NCBI GenBank assembly: GCA_964016885.1
Contig: CAXHJY010000041.1
Span: 1 to 21,000, forward strand
DNA: 21,000 nucleotides
DNA from: Eledone cirrhosa
Taxonomy: Eukaryota
Direction: 5' to 3'
Shown here: positions 1-17,300 of the stretch, piece after piece
Layout of the letters: the number at the start of each line of letters is the position of its first letter
Position numbering within the stretch: position 1 is the stretch's first letter
Notes under the pieces: model-generated
What the model was told of the DNA's origin: nothing
Databases searched by the model: none
What the model saw: the letters and a program-made list of their open reading frames with translations, nothing else
Program-made: the position numbers and the translations under genes

Positions 1-3000
1 CCACTAACAACACCACCACCACTAACAACACCACTACCACTAACAACACCACCATCACTAACACCACCGCCACCACTAACACCACCACTACCACTAACAA
101 CACCACCACCACTAACAACACCACTACCACTAACAACACCACCACCACTACCACTAACAACACCACCACCACTAACAACACCAACATCACTAACACCACC
201 ACCACCACTAACACCACCACTACCACTAACAACACCACCATCACTAACAACACCACTAACACCACCACTACCACTAACAACACCACCACCACTAACAACA
301 CCACTACCACTAACAACACCACTAACACCACCACTACCACTAACACCACCACTACCACTAACAACACCACCACCGCTAACAACACCACTACCACTAACAA
401 CACCACCACCACTAACAACACCACTACCACTAACAACACCACTACCACTAACAACACCACCACCACTAACAACACCACCACCACTAACACCACCACTACC
501 ACTAACAACACCACCACCACTAACAACACCACCACTACCACTAACAACACCACCACCACTAACACCACCACTACCACTAACAACACCACCACCACTAACA
601 CCACCACTACCACTAACAACACCACCACCACTAACACCACCACTACCACTAACAACACCACCACCACTAACAACACCACTACCACTAACACCACCACTAC
701 CACTAACAACACCACCACCACTAACAACACCACCACCACCACTACTAACAACACCACCACCACTAACAACACCACTACCACTAACAACACCACTAACAAC
801 ACCACTACGACTAACAACACCACTACCACTAACAACACCACTACCACTACCACTAACAACACCACCACCACTAACAACACCACCACCACTAACACCACCA
901 CTAACAACACCACTACCACTAACAACACCACCACCACTAACAACACCACTACCACTAACACCACCACTACCACTAACAACACCACTACCACTAACAACAC
1001 CACTACCACTAACAACACCACCACCACTAACAACACCACTACCACTAACAACACCACTACCACTAACAGCAACACTACCACTAACAACACCACTACCACT
1101 ACCACTAACAACACCACTACCACTAACAACACCACTACCACTAACACCACCACCACCACTAACAACACCACTACCACTAACAACAACACCACCATTAACA
1201 ACACCACTACCACTAACACCACCACCACCACTAACAACACCACTACCACTAACAACACCACTACCACTAACAACACCACTACCACTAACACCACCACCAC
1301 CACTAACAACACCACTACCACTAACACCACCACCACCACTAACAACACCACTACCACTAACAACACCACTACCACTAACAACACCACTAACACCACCACC
1401 ACCACTAACAACACCACTACCACTAACAACACCACTACCACTAACAACACCACTACCACTAACACCACCACTAACAACACCACTACCACTAACACCACCA
1501 CCACCACTAACAACACCACTAACACTAACAACACCACTACCAATAACAACACCACTACCACTAACACCACCACCACCACTAACAACACCACTACCACTAA
1601 CAACACCACTACCACTAACAACACAACTACCACTAACACCACCACCACCACTAACAACACCACTACCACTAACACCACCACCACCACTAACAACACCACT
1701 ACCACTAACAACACCACTACCACTAACAACACCACTACCACTAACACCACCACCACCACTAACAACACCACTACCACTAACAAGACCACTACCACTAACA
1801 ACACCACTACCACTAACACCACTAACACCACCACCACCACTAACAACACCACTACCACTAACAAGACCACTACCACTAACAACACCACTACCACTAACAC
1901 CACCACCACCACTAACAACACCACTACCACTAACACCACCACCACCACTAACAACACCACTACCACTAACACCACCACCACCACTAACAACACCACCACC
2001 ACTAACAACACCACTACCACTAACAACACCACTACCACTAACACCACCACCACCACTAACAACACCACTACCACTAACACCACCACTAACAACACCACTA
2101 CCACTAACACCACCACCACCACTAACAACACCACTACCACTAACAACACCACCACCACTAACACCACCACCACCACTAACAACACCACTACCACTAACAA
2201 CACCACTACCACTAACAACACCACTACCACTAACACCACCACTACCACTAACAACACCACTACCACTAACACCACCACCACCACTAACAACACCACTACC
2301 ACTAACAACACCACTACCACTAACAACACCACTACCACTAACACCACCACCACCACTAACAACACCACTACCACTAACAATACCACTACCACTAACAACA
2401 CCACTACCACTAACACCACCACTACCACTAACAACACCACTACCACTAACACCACCACCACCACTAACAACACCACTACCACTAACAACACCACTACCAC
2501 TAACAACACCACTACCACTAACAACACCACCACCACTAACAACACCACTACCACTAACAACACCACTACCACTAACAACACCCTACCACTAACAACTCCA
2601 CCACCACTAACAACACCACTAACACTAACAACACCACCACCACTAACACCACCACTACCACTAACAACACCACCACCACTAACACCACCACTACCACTAA
2701 CAACACCACCACCACTAACACCACCACTACCACTAACAACACCACTACCACTAACAACACCACCACCACTAACACCACCACTACTACTAACAACACCACC
2801 ACCACTAACAACACCACTACCACTAACGACACCACTACCACTAACAACACCACTACCACTAACAACACCACCACCACTACCACTAACAACACCACCACCA
2901 CTAACACCACCAGCATCACTAACACCACCATCACCACTAACACCACCACCACCACTAACACCACCACCACCACTAACAACACCACCACCACTAACACCAC

Positions 3001-6000
3001 CACTATCACTAACACCACCACCACCACTAACACCACCACCACCACTAACAACACCACCATCACTAACACCACCACCACCACTAACAACACCACCACCACT
3101 AACAACACCACCACCACTAACAACACCACCATCACTAACACAACCACCACCACTAACACCACCACTACCACTAACAACACCACCACCACTAACACCACCA
3201 CCACCACTAACAACACCACCATCACTAACACCACCACCACCACTAACACCACCACTACCACTAACATCACCACCACCACTAACAACACCACTACCACTAA
3301 CAACACCACCACCACTAACACCACAACCACCACTAACAACACCACTACCACTAACAACACCACTACCACTAACAACACCACCACCACCACCACCACTAAC
3401 AACACCACTAACAACACCACTACCACTAACAACACCACTACCACTAACAACACCACTACCACTAACAACACCACTACCACTAACAACACCACTACCACTA
3501 ACACCACCACCACCACTAACACCAACACCACCACTAACACCACCACCATCACTAACACCACCACTACCACTAACACCACCACCACCACTAACACCACCAC
3601 CACCACTAACAACACCACCATCACTAACACCACCACCACCACTAACAACACCACCACCACTAACAACACCACCACCACTAACAACACCACCATCACTAAC
3701 ACCACCACCACCACTAATACCACCACAACCACGAACAACACCACCACCACTAACAACACCACCATCACTAACACCACCACCACCACTAACACCACCACTA
3801 CCACTAACAACACCACCACCACTAACAACACCACTACCACTAACAACACCACCATCACTAACACCACCGCCACCACTAACACCACCACTACCACTAACAA
3901 CACCACCACCACTAACAACACCACTACCACTAACAACACCACCACCACTACCACTAACAACACCACCACCACTAACAACACCAACATCACTAACACCACC
4001 ACCACCACTAACACCACCACTACCACTAACAACACCACCATCACTAACAACACCACTAACACCACCACTACCACTAACAACACCACCACCACTAACAACA
4101 CCACTACCACTAACAACACCACTAACACCACCACTACCACTAACACCACCACTACCACTAACAACACCACCACCGCTAACAACACCACTACCACTAACAA
4201 CACCACCACCACTAACAACACCACTACCACTAACAACACCACTACCACTAACAACACCACCACCACTAACAACACCACCACCACTAACACCACCACTACC
4301 ACTAACAACACCACCACCACTAACAACACCACCACTACCACTAACAACACCACCACCACTAACACCACCACTACCACTAACAACACCACCACCACTAACA
4401 CCACCACTACCACTAACAACACCACCACCACTAACACCACCACTACCACTAACAACACCACCACCACTAACAACACCACTACCACTAACACCACCACTAC
4501 CACTAACAACACCACCACCACTAACAACACCACCACCACCACTACTAACAACACCACCACCACTAACAACACCACTACCACTAACAACACCACTAACAAC
4601 ACCACTACGACTAACAACACCACTACCACTAACAACACCACTACCACTACCACTAACAACACCACCACCACTAACAACACCACCACCACTAACACCACCA
4701 CTAACAACACCACTACCACTAACAACACCACCACCACTAACAACACCACTACCACTAACACCACCACTACCACTAACAACACCACTACCACTAACAACAC
4801 CACTACCACTAACAACACCACCACCACTAACAACACCACTACCACTAACAACACCACTACCACTAACAGCAACACTACCACTAACAACACCACTACCACT
4901 ACCACTAACAACACCACTACCACTAACAACACCACTACCACTAACACCACCACCACCACTAACAACACCACTACCACTAACAACAACACCACCATTAACA
5001 ACACCACTACCACTAACACCACCACCACCACTAACAACACCACTACCACTAACAACACCACTACCACTAACAACACCACTACCACTAACACCACCACCAC
5101 CACTAACAACACCACTACCACTAACACCACCACCACCACTAACAACACCACTACCACTAACAACACCACTACCACTAACAACACCACTAACACCACCACC
5201 ACCACTAACAACACCACTACCACTAACAACACCACTACCACTAACAACACCACTACCACTAACACCACCACTAACAACACCACTACCACTAACACCACCA
5301 CCACCACTAACAACACCACTAACACTAACAACACCACTACCACTAACAACACCACTACCACTAACACCACCACCACCACTAACAACACCACTACCACTAA
5401 CAACACCACTACCACTAACAACACAACTACCACTAACACCACCACCACCACTAACAACACCACTACCACTAACACCACCACCACCACTAACAACACCACT
5501 ACCACTAACAACACCACTACCACTAACAACACCACTACCACTAACACCACCACCACCACTAACAACACCACTACCACTAACAAGACCACTACCACTAACA
5601 ACACCACTACCACTAACACCACTAACACCACCACCACCACTAACAACACCACTACCACTAACAAGACCACTACCACTAACAACACCACTACCACTAACAC
5701 CACCACCACCACTAACAACACCACTACCACTAACACCACCACCACCACTAACAACACCACTACCACTAACACCACCACCACCACTAACAACACCACCACC
5801 ACTAACAACACCACTACCACTAACAACACCACTACCACTAACACCACCACCACCACTAACAACACCACTACCACTAACACCACCACCACCACTAACAACA
5901 CCACTACCACTAACACCACCACCACCACTAACAACACCACTACCACTAACAACACCACCACCACTAACACCACCACCACCACTAACAACACCACTACCAC

Positions 6001-6590
6001 TAACAACACCACTACCACTAACAACACCACTACCACTAACACCACCACTACCACTAACAACACCACTACCACTAACACCACCACCACCACTAACAACACC
6101 ACTACCACTAACAACACCACTACCACTAACAACACCACTACCACTAACACCACCACCACCACTAACAACACCACTACCACTAACAACACCACTACCACTA
6201 ACAACACCACTACCACTAACACCACCACTACCACTAACAACACCACTACCACTAACACCACCACCACCACTAACAACACCACTACCACTAACAACACCAC
6301 TACCACTAACAACACCACTACCACTAACAACACCACCACCACTAACAACACCACTACCACTAACAACACCACTACCACTAACAACACCCTACCACTAACA
6401 ACTCCACCACCACTAACAACACCACTAACACTAACAACACCACCACCACTAACACCACCACTACCACTAACAACACCACCACCACTAACACCACCACTAC
6501 CACTAACAACACCACCACCACTAACACCACCACTACCACTAACAACACCACTACCACTAACAACACCACCACCACTAACACCACCACTAC
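1..6590. repeat. Higher-order tandem duplication with a period of ~3.8 kb (1-~2780 matches 3801-~6590)
   Basis: Rare variants recur at offset 3800: CCGCC (G at 69/3869), CCGCTAAC (~375/4175), TACGAC (~809/4609), AACAGC (~1069/4869), CAAGAC (~1784/5584 and ~1865/5665). The CCCTACC deletion marker recurs at offset 3806 (2581/6387). Confidence 0.93.
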
Positions 6591-9500
6591 CACTAACAAC
6601 ACCACCACCACTAACACCACCACTACCACTAACAACACCACTACCACTAACAACACCACCACCACTGACAACACCACTACCACTAACAACACCACCACCA
6701 CTAACAACACCACTACCACTAACAACAACACCACCACTAACACCACCACTACCACTAACACCACCACTACCACTAACAACACCACCACCACTTAACACCA
6801 CCACTACCACTAACAACACCACCACCACTAACACCACCACTACCACTAACAACACCACTACCACTAACACCACCACCACCATTAACAACACCACTACCAC
6901 TAACAACACCACTAACAACACCACCACCACTAACAACACCACTACCACTACAACACCACTACCACTAACAACACCACCACCACTAACAACACCACTACCA
7001 CTAACAACACCACTACCACTAACAACACCACTACCACTAACAACACCACCACCACTAACAGCACCACTACCACTAACAACACCACCACCACTAACAACAC
7101 CACTACCACTAACAACACCACCACCACTAACACCACCACCACCATTAACAACACCACTACCACTAACAACACCACCACCACTAACAACAACACTACCACT
7201 AACAACACCACCACCACTAACACCACCACCACCATTAACAACACCACTACCACTAACAACACCACCACCACTAACAACACCACTACCACTAACAACACCA
7301 ATACCACTAACAACACCACCACCACTAACACCACCACCACCATTAACAACACCACTACCACTAACAACACCACCACCACTAACACCACCACTACCACTAA
7401 CAACACCACTACCACTAACAACACCACCACCACTAACACCACCACTACCACTAACAACACCACTACAACTAACACCACCACCCCCATTAACAACACCACT
7501 ACCACTAACAACACCACCACCACTAACAACACTACTACCACTAACAACACCACCACCACTAACACCACCACTACCACTAACAACACCACCACCACTAACA
7601 CCACCACTACCACTAACAACACCACTACCACTAACAACACCACCACCACTAACAACACCACTACCACTAACAACACCACTTCCACTAACAACACCATTAC
7701 CACTAACAACACCACCACCACTAACAACACCACCACCACTAACACCACCACTACCACTAACAACACCACTACCACTAACAACACCACCACCACTAACACC
7801 ACCACTACCACTAACACCACCACTACCACTAACAACACCACCACCACTAACACCACCACTACCACTAACAACACCACTACCACTAACACCACCACCACCA
7901 TTAAAAACACCACTACCACTAACAACACCACCACCACTAACAACACCACTACCACTAACAACACCACCACCACTAACAACACCACTACCACTAACAACAA
8001 CACCACCACTAACACCACCACTACCACTAACACCACCACTACCACTAACAACACCACCACCACTAAACACCACCACTACCACTAACAACACCACCACCAC
8101 TAACACCACCACTACCACTAACAACACCACTACCACTAACAACACCACCACCACTAACACCACCACTACCACTAACAACACCACCACCACTAACACCACC
8201 ACTACCACTAACAACACCACTACCACTAACACCACCACCACCATTAACAACACCACTACCACTAACAACACCACTACCACTAACAACACCACTACCACAA
8301 TCACCAACACCACTACCACTAACAACACCACTACCACTAACAACACCATCACCACTAACAACACCACTACCACTAACAACACCACTACCACTAACAACAT
8401 CACCACCACTAACAACACCACTACCACTAACAACACCACTACCACTAACAACACCACTACCACAATCACCAACACCACTACCACTAACAACACCACTACC
8501 ACTAACACCACCACTACCACTAACAACACCACTACCACTAACAACACCACCACCACTAACAACACCACTACCACTAACAACACCACCACCACTAACAACA
8601 CCACTACCACTAACTACACCACCACCACTAACACCACCACTACCACTAACAACACCACTACCACTAACAACACCACTACCACTAACAACACCACCACCAC
8701 TAACAACACCACCACCACTAACAATACCACCACCACTAACACCACCACTACCACTAACAACACCACTACCACTAACAACACCACCACCACTAACAACACC
8801 ACTACCACTAACAACACCACTACCACTAACAACACCACCACCACTAACAACACCACTACCACTAACACCACCACCACCACTAACAACACCACTACCACTA
8901 ACAACACCACTACCACTAACAACACCACCACCACTAACACCACCACTACCACTGACAACACCACCACCACTCACACCACCACTACCACTAACAACACCAC
9001 TACCACTAACACCACCACCACCATTAACAACACCACTACCACTAACAACACCACTACCACTAACACCACCACCACCATTAACACCACCACTACCACTAAC
9101 AACACCTCTACCACTAACAACACCACCACCACTAACACCACCACTACCACTAACAACACCACTACCACTAACAACACCACCACCACTAACAACACCACTA
9201 CCACTAACACCACCACTACCACTAACAACACCACCACCACTAACACCACCACTACCACTAACACCACCACCACCACCACCATTAACAACACCACTACCAC
9301 TAACAATACCACTACCACTAACACCACCACCACCATTAACACCACCACTACCACTAACAACACCACCACCACTAACACCACCACTACCACTAACAACACC
9401 ACTACCACTAACACCACCACCACCACTAACAATACCACTACCACTAACAACACCACTACCACTAACAACACCACTACCACTAACACCACCACCACCACTA

Positions 9501-11857
9501 ACAACACCACTACCACTAACACCACCACTAACAACACCACTACCACTAACACCACCACCACCAATAACAACACCACCACCACTAACAACACCACTACCAC
9601 TAACAACACCACTACCACTAACACCACCACCACCACTAACAACACCACTACCACTAACACCACCACCACCACTAACAACACCACTACCACTAACACCACC
9701 ACCACCACTAACAACACCACTACCACTAACAACACCACCACCACTAACACCACCACCACCACTAACAACACCACTACCACTAACAACACCACTACCACTA
9801 ACAACACCACTACCACTAACACCACCACCACCACTAACAACACCACTACCACTAACAACACCACTACCACTAACAACACCACTACCACTAACACCACCAC
9901 CACCACTAACAACACCACTACCACTAATAACACCACTACCACTAACACCACCACTACCACTAACACCACCACTACCACTAACAACACCACCACCAGTAAC
10001 ACCACCACTACCACTAACAGCACCACCACCACTAACACCACCACTACCACTAACAACACCACTACCACTAACAACACCACCACCACTAACAACACCACTA
10101 CCACTAACAACACCACCACCACTAACAACACCACCGCCACTAACACCACCACTACCACTAACACCACCACTACCACTAACAACACCACCACCAGTAACAC
10201 CACCACTACCACTAACAACACCACTACCACTAACAACACCACCACCACTAACAACACCAATACCACTAACAACACCACCACCACTAACAACACCACTACC
10301 ACTAACACCACCACCACCACTAACAATACCACTACCACTAACAACACCACTACCACTAACAACACCACTACCACTAACACCACCACCACCACTAACAACA
10401 CCACTACCACTAACACCAACACTAACAACACCACTACCACTAACAACACCACTACCACTAACACCACCACCACCACCACTAACAGCACCACCACCACCAC
10501 CACTAACAGCACCACCACCACTAACAACACCACCACCACTAACAACACCACTACCACTAACAACACCACTACAACTAACAACACCACTACCACTAACAAC
10601 ACCACTACCACTAACAACACCACTACCACTAACAACACCACCACCACTAACAACACCACCACCACTAACAACACCACTACCACTAACAACACCAATACCA
10701 CTAACAACACCACCACCACTAACACCACCACCACCATTAACAACACCACTACCACTAACAACACCACCACCACTAACACCACCACTACCACTAACAACAC
10801 CACTACCACTAACACCACCACCCCATTAACAACACCACTACCACTAACAACACCACCACCACTAACAACACTACTACCACTAACAACACCACCACCACTA
10901 TCACCACCACTACCACTAACAACACCACCACCACTAACACCACCACTACCACTAACAACACCACTACCACTAACAACACCACCACCACTAACAACACCAC
11001 TACCACTAACAACACCACTTCCACTAACAACACCATTACCACTAACAACACCACCACCACTAACAACACCACCACCACTAACACCACCACTACCACTAAC
11101 AACACCACTACCACTAACAACACCACCACCACTAACACCACCACTACCACTAACACCACCACTACCACTAACAACACCACCACCACTAACACCACCACTA
11201 CCACTAACAACACCACTACCACTAACACCACCACCACCATTAAAAACACCACTACCACTAACAACACCACCACCACTAACAACACCACTACCACTAACAA
11301 CACCACTACCACTAACAACACCACCACCAATAACAACACCACTACCACTGACAACACCACTACCACTAACAACACCACTACCAGTAACAACACCACTACC
11401 ACTAACACCACCAATACCACTAACACCACCACTACCACTAACAACACCACCACCACTAACACCACCACTACCACTAACAACACCACTACCACTAACAACA
11501 CCACCACCACTAACACCACCACCACCACTAACAACACCACCACCACTAACACCACCACTACCACTAACAACACCACTACCACTAACACCACCACCACCAT
11601 TAACAACACCACTACCACTAACAACACCACTACCACTAACAACACCACTACCACAATCACCAACACCACTACCACTAACAACACCATCACCACTAACAAC
11701 ACCACTACCACTAACAACACCACCACCACTAACAACATCACTACCACTAACAACACCACTACCACTAACAACACCACTACCACTAACAACACCACCACCA
11801 CTAACAACACCACTACCACTAACAACACCACTACCACTAACAACACCCTACCACTAA
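2576..11857 (+). other. Stop-free frame with no ATG (~3,090 codons), alternating between (TTNNTT)n and (PLTTP[L/P])n; coding status unproven
   Basis: Read by hand between TAA 2573-2575 and TAA 11855-11857. Junction codons at the indels (~6389, 6792, 6950, 8065, 10822) introduce no stop. Openness is expected from base composition alone. Confidence 0.12.
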
Positions 11858-14800
11858 CAACTCCACCACCACTAACAACACCACTAACACTAACAACACC
11901 ACCACCACTAACACCACCACTACCACTAACAACACCACCACCACTAACACCACCACTACCACTAACAACACCACCACCACTAACACCACCACTACCACTA
12001 ACAACACCACTACCACTAACAACACCACCACCACTAACACCACCACTACCACTAACAACACCACCACCACTAACACCACCACTACCACTAACAACACCAC
12101 TACCACTAACAACACCACCACCACTAACAACACCACTACCACTAACAACACCACCACCACTAACAACACCACTACCACTAACAACAACACCACCACTAAC
12201 ACCACCACTACCACTAACACCACCACTACCACTAACAACACCACCACCACTAAACACCACCACTACCACTAACAACACCACCACCACTAACACCACCACT
12301 ACCACTAACAACACCACTACCACTAACACCACCACCACCATTAACAACACCACTACCACTAACAACACCACTAACAACACCACCACCACTAACAACACCA
12401 CTACCACTACAACACCACTACCACTAACAACACCACCACCACTAACAACACCACTACCACTAACAACACCACTACCACTAACAACACCACTACCACTAAC
12501 AACACCACCACCACTAACACCACCACCACCATTAACAACACCACTACCACTAACAACACCACCACCACTAACAACACCACTACCACTAACAACACCACCA
12601 CCACTAACACCACCACCACCATTAACCAAACACCACTACCACTAACAACACCACCACCACTAACAACACCACTACCACTAACAACACCAATACCACTAAC
12701 AACACCACCACCACTAACACCACCACCACCATTAACAACACCACTACCACTAACAACACCACCACCACTAACACCACCACTACCACTAACAACACCACTA
12801 CCACTAACAACACCACCACCACTAACACCACCACTACCACTAACAACACCACTACCACTAACACCACCACCCCCATTAACAACACCACTACCACTAACAA
12901 CACCACCACCACTAACAACACTACTACCACTAACAACACCACCACCACTAACACCACCACTACCACTAACAACACCACCACCACTAACACCACCACTACC
13001 ACTAACAACACCACTACCACTAACAACACCACCACCACTAACAACACCACTACCACTAACAACACCACTTCCACTAACAACACCATTACCACTAACAACA
13101 CCACCACCACTAACAACACCACCACCACTAACACCACCACTACCACTAACAACACCACTACCACTAACAACACCACCACCACTAACACCACCACTACCAC
13201 TAACACCACCACTACCACTAACAACACCACCACCACTAACACCACCACTACCACTAACAACACCACTACCACTAACACCACCACCACCATTAAAAACACC
13301 ACTACCACTAACAACACCACCACCACTAACAACACCACTACCACTAACAACACCACCACCACTAACAACACCACTACCACTAACAACAACACCACCACTA
13401 ACACCACCACTACCACTAACACCACCACTACCACTAACAACACCACCACCACTAAACACCACCACTACCACTAACAACACCACCACCACTAACACCACCA
13501 CTACCACTAACAACACCACTACCACTAACAACACCACCACCACTAACACCACCACTACCACTAACAACACCACCACCACTAACACCACCACTACCACTAA
13601 CAACACCACTACCACTAACACCACCACCACCATTAACAACACCACTACCACTAACAACACCACTACCACAATCACCAACACCACTACCACCAACAACACC
13701 ACTACCACAATCACCAACACCACTACCACTAACAACACCACTACCACTAACACCATCACTACCACTAACAACACCACTACCACTAACAACACCACCACCA
13801 CTAACAACACCACCACCACTAACAACACCACCACCACTAACACCACCACCACCACTAACAACACCACTACCACTAACAACACCACCACCACTAACAACAC
13901 CACTACCACTAACAACACCACTACCACTAACACCATCACTACCACTAACAACACCACCACCACTAACACCACCACCACCACTAACAACACCACTACCACT
14001 AACAACACCACCACCACTAACAACACCACTACCACTAACAACACCACTACCACTAACACCACCACTACCACTAACAACACCACTACCACTAACAACACCA
14101 CCACCACTAACAACACCACTACCACTAACAACACCACCACCACTAACAACACCACTACCACTAACTACACCACCACCACTAACACCACCACTACCACTAA
14201 CAACACCACTACCACTAACAACACCACTACCACTAACAACACCACCACCACTAACAACACCACCACCACTAACAATACCACCACCACTAACACCACCACT
14301 ACCACCAACAACACCACTACCACTAACAACACCACCACCACTAACAACACCACTACCACTAACAACACCACTACCACTAACAACACCACCACCACTAACA
14401 ACACCACTACCACTAACACCACCACCACCACTAACAACACCACTACCACTAACAACACCACTACCACTAACAACACCACCACCACTAACACCACCACTAC
14501 CACTGACAACACCACCACCACTCACACCACCACTACCACTAACAACACCACTACCACTAACACCACCACCACCATTAACAACACCACTACCACTAACAAC
14601 ACCACTACCACTAACACCACCACCACCATTAACACCACCACTACCACTAACAACACCACTACCACTAACAACACCACCACCACTAACACCACCACTACCA
14701 CTAACAACACCACTACCACTAACAACACCACCACCACTAACAACACCACTACCACTAACACCACCACTACCACTAACAACACCACCACCACTAACACCAC

Positions 14801-17300
14801 CACTACCACTAACACCACCACCACCACCACCATTAACAACACCACTACCACTAACAATACCACTACCACTAACACCACCACCACCATTAACACCACCACT
14901 ACCACTAACAACACCACCACCACTAACACCACCACTACCACTAACAACACCACTACCACTAACACCACCACCACCACTAACAATACCACTACCACTAACA
15001 ACACCACTACCACTAACAACACCACTACCACTAACACCACCACCACCACTAACAACACCACTACCACTAACACCACCACTAACAACACCACTACCACTAA
15101 CACCACCACCACCAATAACAACACCACCACCACTAACAACACCACTACCACTAACAACACCACTACCACTAACACCACCACCACCACTAACAACACCACT
15201 ACCACTAACACCACCACCACCACTAACAACACCACTACCACTAACACCACCACCACCACTAACAACACCACTACCACTAACAACACCACCACCACTAACA
15301 CCACCACCACCACTAACAACACCACTACCACTAACAACACCACTACCACTAACAACACCACTACCACTAACACCACCACCACCACTAACAACACCACTAC
15401 CACTAACAACACCACTACCACTAACAACACCACTACCACTAACACCACCACCACCACTAACAACACCACTACCACTAATAACACCACTACCACTAACACC
15501 ACCACTACCACTAACACCACCACTACCACTAACCACACCACCACCAGTAACACCACCACTACCACTAACAGCACCACCACCACTAACACCACCACTACCA
15601 CTAACAACACCACTACCACTAACAACACCACCACCACTAACAACACCACTACCACTAACAACACCACCACCACTAACAACACCACCGCCACTAACACCAC
15701 CACTACCACTAACACCACCACTACCACTAACAACACCACCACCAGTAACACCACCACTACCACTAACAACACCACTACCACTAACAAAACCACCACCACT
15801 AACAACACCACTACCACTAACAACACCACCACCACTAACAACACCACTACCACTAACACCACCACCACCACTAACAATACCACTACCACTAACAACACCA
15901 CTACCACTAACAACACCACTACCACTAACACCACCACCACCACTAACAACACCACTACCACTAACACCAACACTAACAACACCACTACCACTAACAACAC
16001 CACTACCACTAACACCACCACCACCACCACTAACAGCACCACCACCACCACCACTAACAGCACCACCACCACTAACAACACCACCACCACTAACAACACC
16101 ACTACCACTAACAACACCACTACAACTAACAACACCACTACCACTAACAACACCACTACCACTAACAACACCACTACCACTAACAACACCACCACCACTA
16201 ACAACACCACCACCACTAACAACACCACTACCACTAACAACACCAATACCACTAACAACACCACCACCACTAACACCACCACCACCATTAACAACACCAC
16301 TACCACTAACAACACCACCACCACTAACACCACCACTACCACTAACAACACCACTACCACTAACACCACCACCCCCATTAACAACACCACTACCACTAAC
16401 AACACCACCACCACTAACAACACTACTACCACTAACAACACCACCACCACTAACACCACCACTACCACTAACACCACCACTACCACTAACAACACCACTA
16501 CCACTAACAACACCACCACCACTAACACCACCACCACTAACAACACCACTACCACTACCACTTCCACTAACAACACCATTACCACTAACAACACCACCAC
16601 CACTAACAACACCACCACCACTAACACCACCACTACCACTAACAACACCACTACCACTAACAACACCACCACCACTAACACCACCACTACCACTAACACC
16701 ACCACTACCACTAACAACACCACCACCACTAACACCACCACTACCACTAACAACACCACTACCACTAACACCACCACCACCATTAAAAACACCACTACCA
16801 CTAACAACACCACCACCACTAACAACACCACTACCACTAACAACACCACTACCACTAACAACACCACCACCAATAACAACACCACTACCACTGACAACAC
16901 CACTACCACTAACAACACCACTACCAGTAACAACACCACTACCACTAACACCACCAATACCACTAACACCACCACTACCACTAACAACACCACCACCACT
17001 AACACCACCACTACCACTAACAACACCACTACCACTAACAACACCACCACCACTAACACCACCACCACCACTAACAACACCACCACCACTAACACCACCA
17101 CTACCACTAACAACACCACTACCACTAACACCACCACCACCATTAACAACACCACTACCACTAACAACACCACTACCACTAACAACACCACTACCACAAT
17201 CACCAACACCACTACCACTAACAACACCACTACCACTAACAACACCATCACCACTAACAACACCACTACCACTAACAACACCACCACCACTAACAACATC
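6378..17300. repeat. Higher-order tandem duplication with a period of ~5.4-5.55 kb (~6378-11836 matches ~11837-17300)
   Basis: Markers are collinear: CCCTACC 6387/11846, ACTACAAC ~6950/12409, CTTCC 7680/13069, CTAAAC ~8065/13455, ACTCAC 8971/14522, CCGCC 10136/15687, TAAAAAC 11241/16784. The supplied ORFs 6378..6791 and 11837..12250 are near-identical, as are 8614..8970 and 14165..14521. The right boundary is approximate. Confidence 0.9.

Noticed and set aside
2907-2914. E. coli Chi site (GCTGGTGG) on the minus strand
   Set aside because: It is a single occurrence, one substitution away from the background GGTGGTGG. This is expected by chance, and nothing indicates a bacterial origin.
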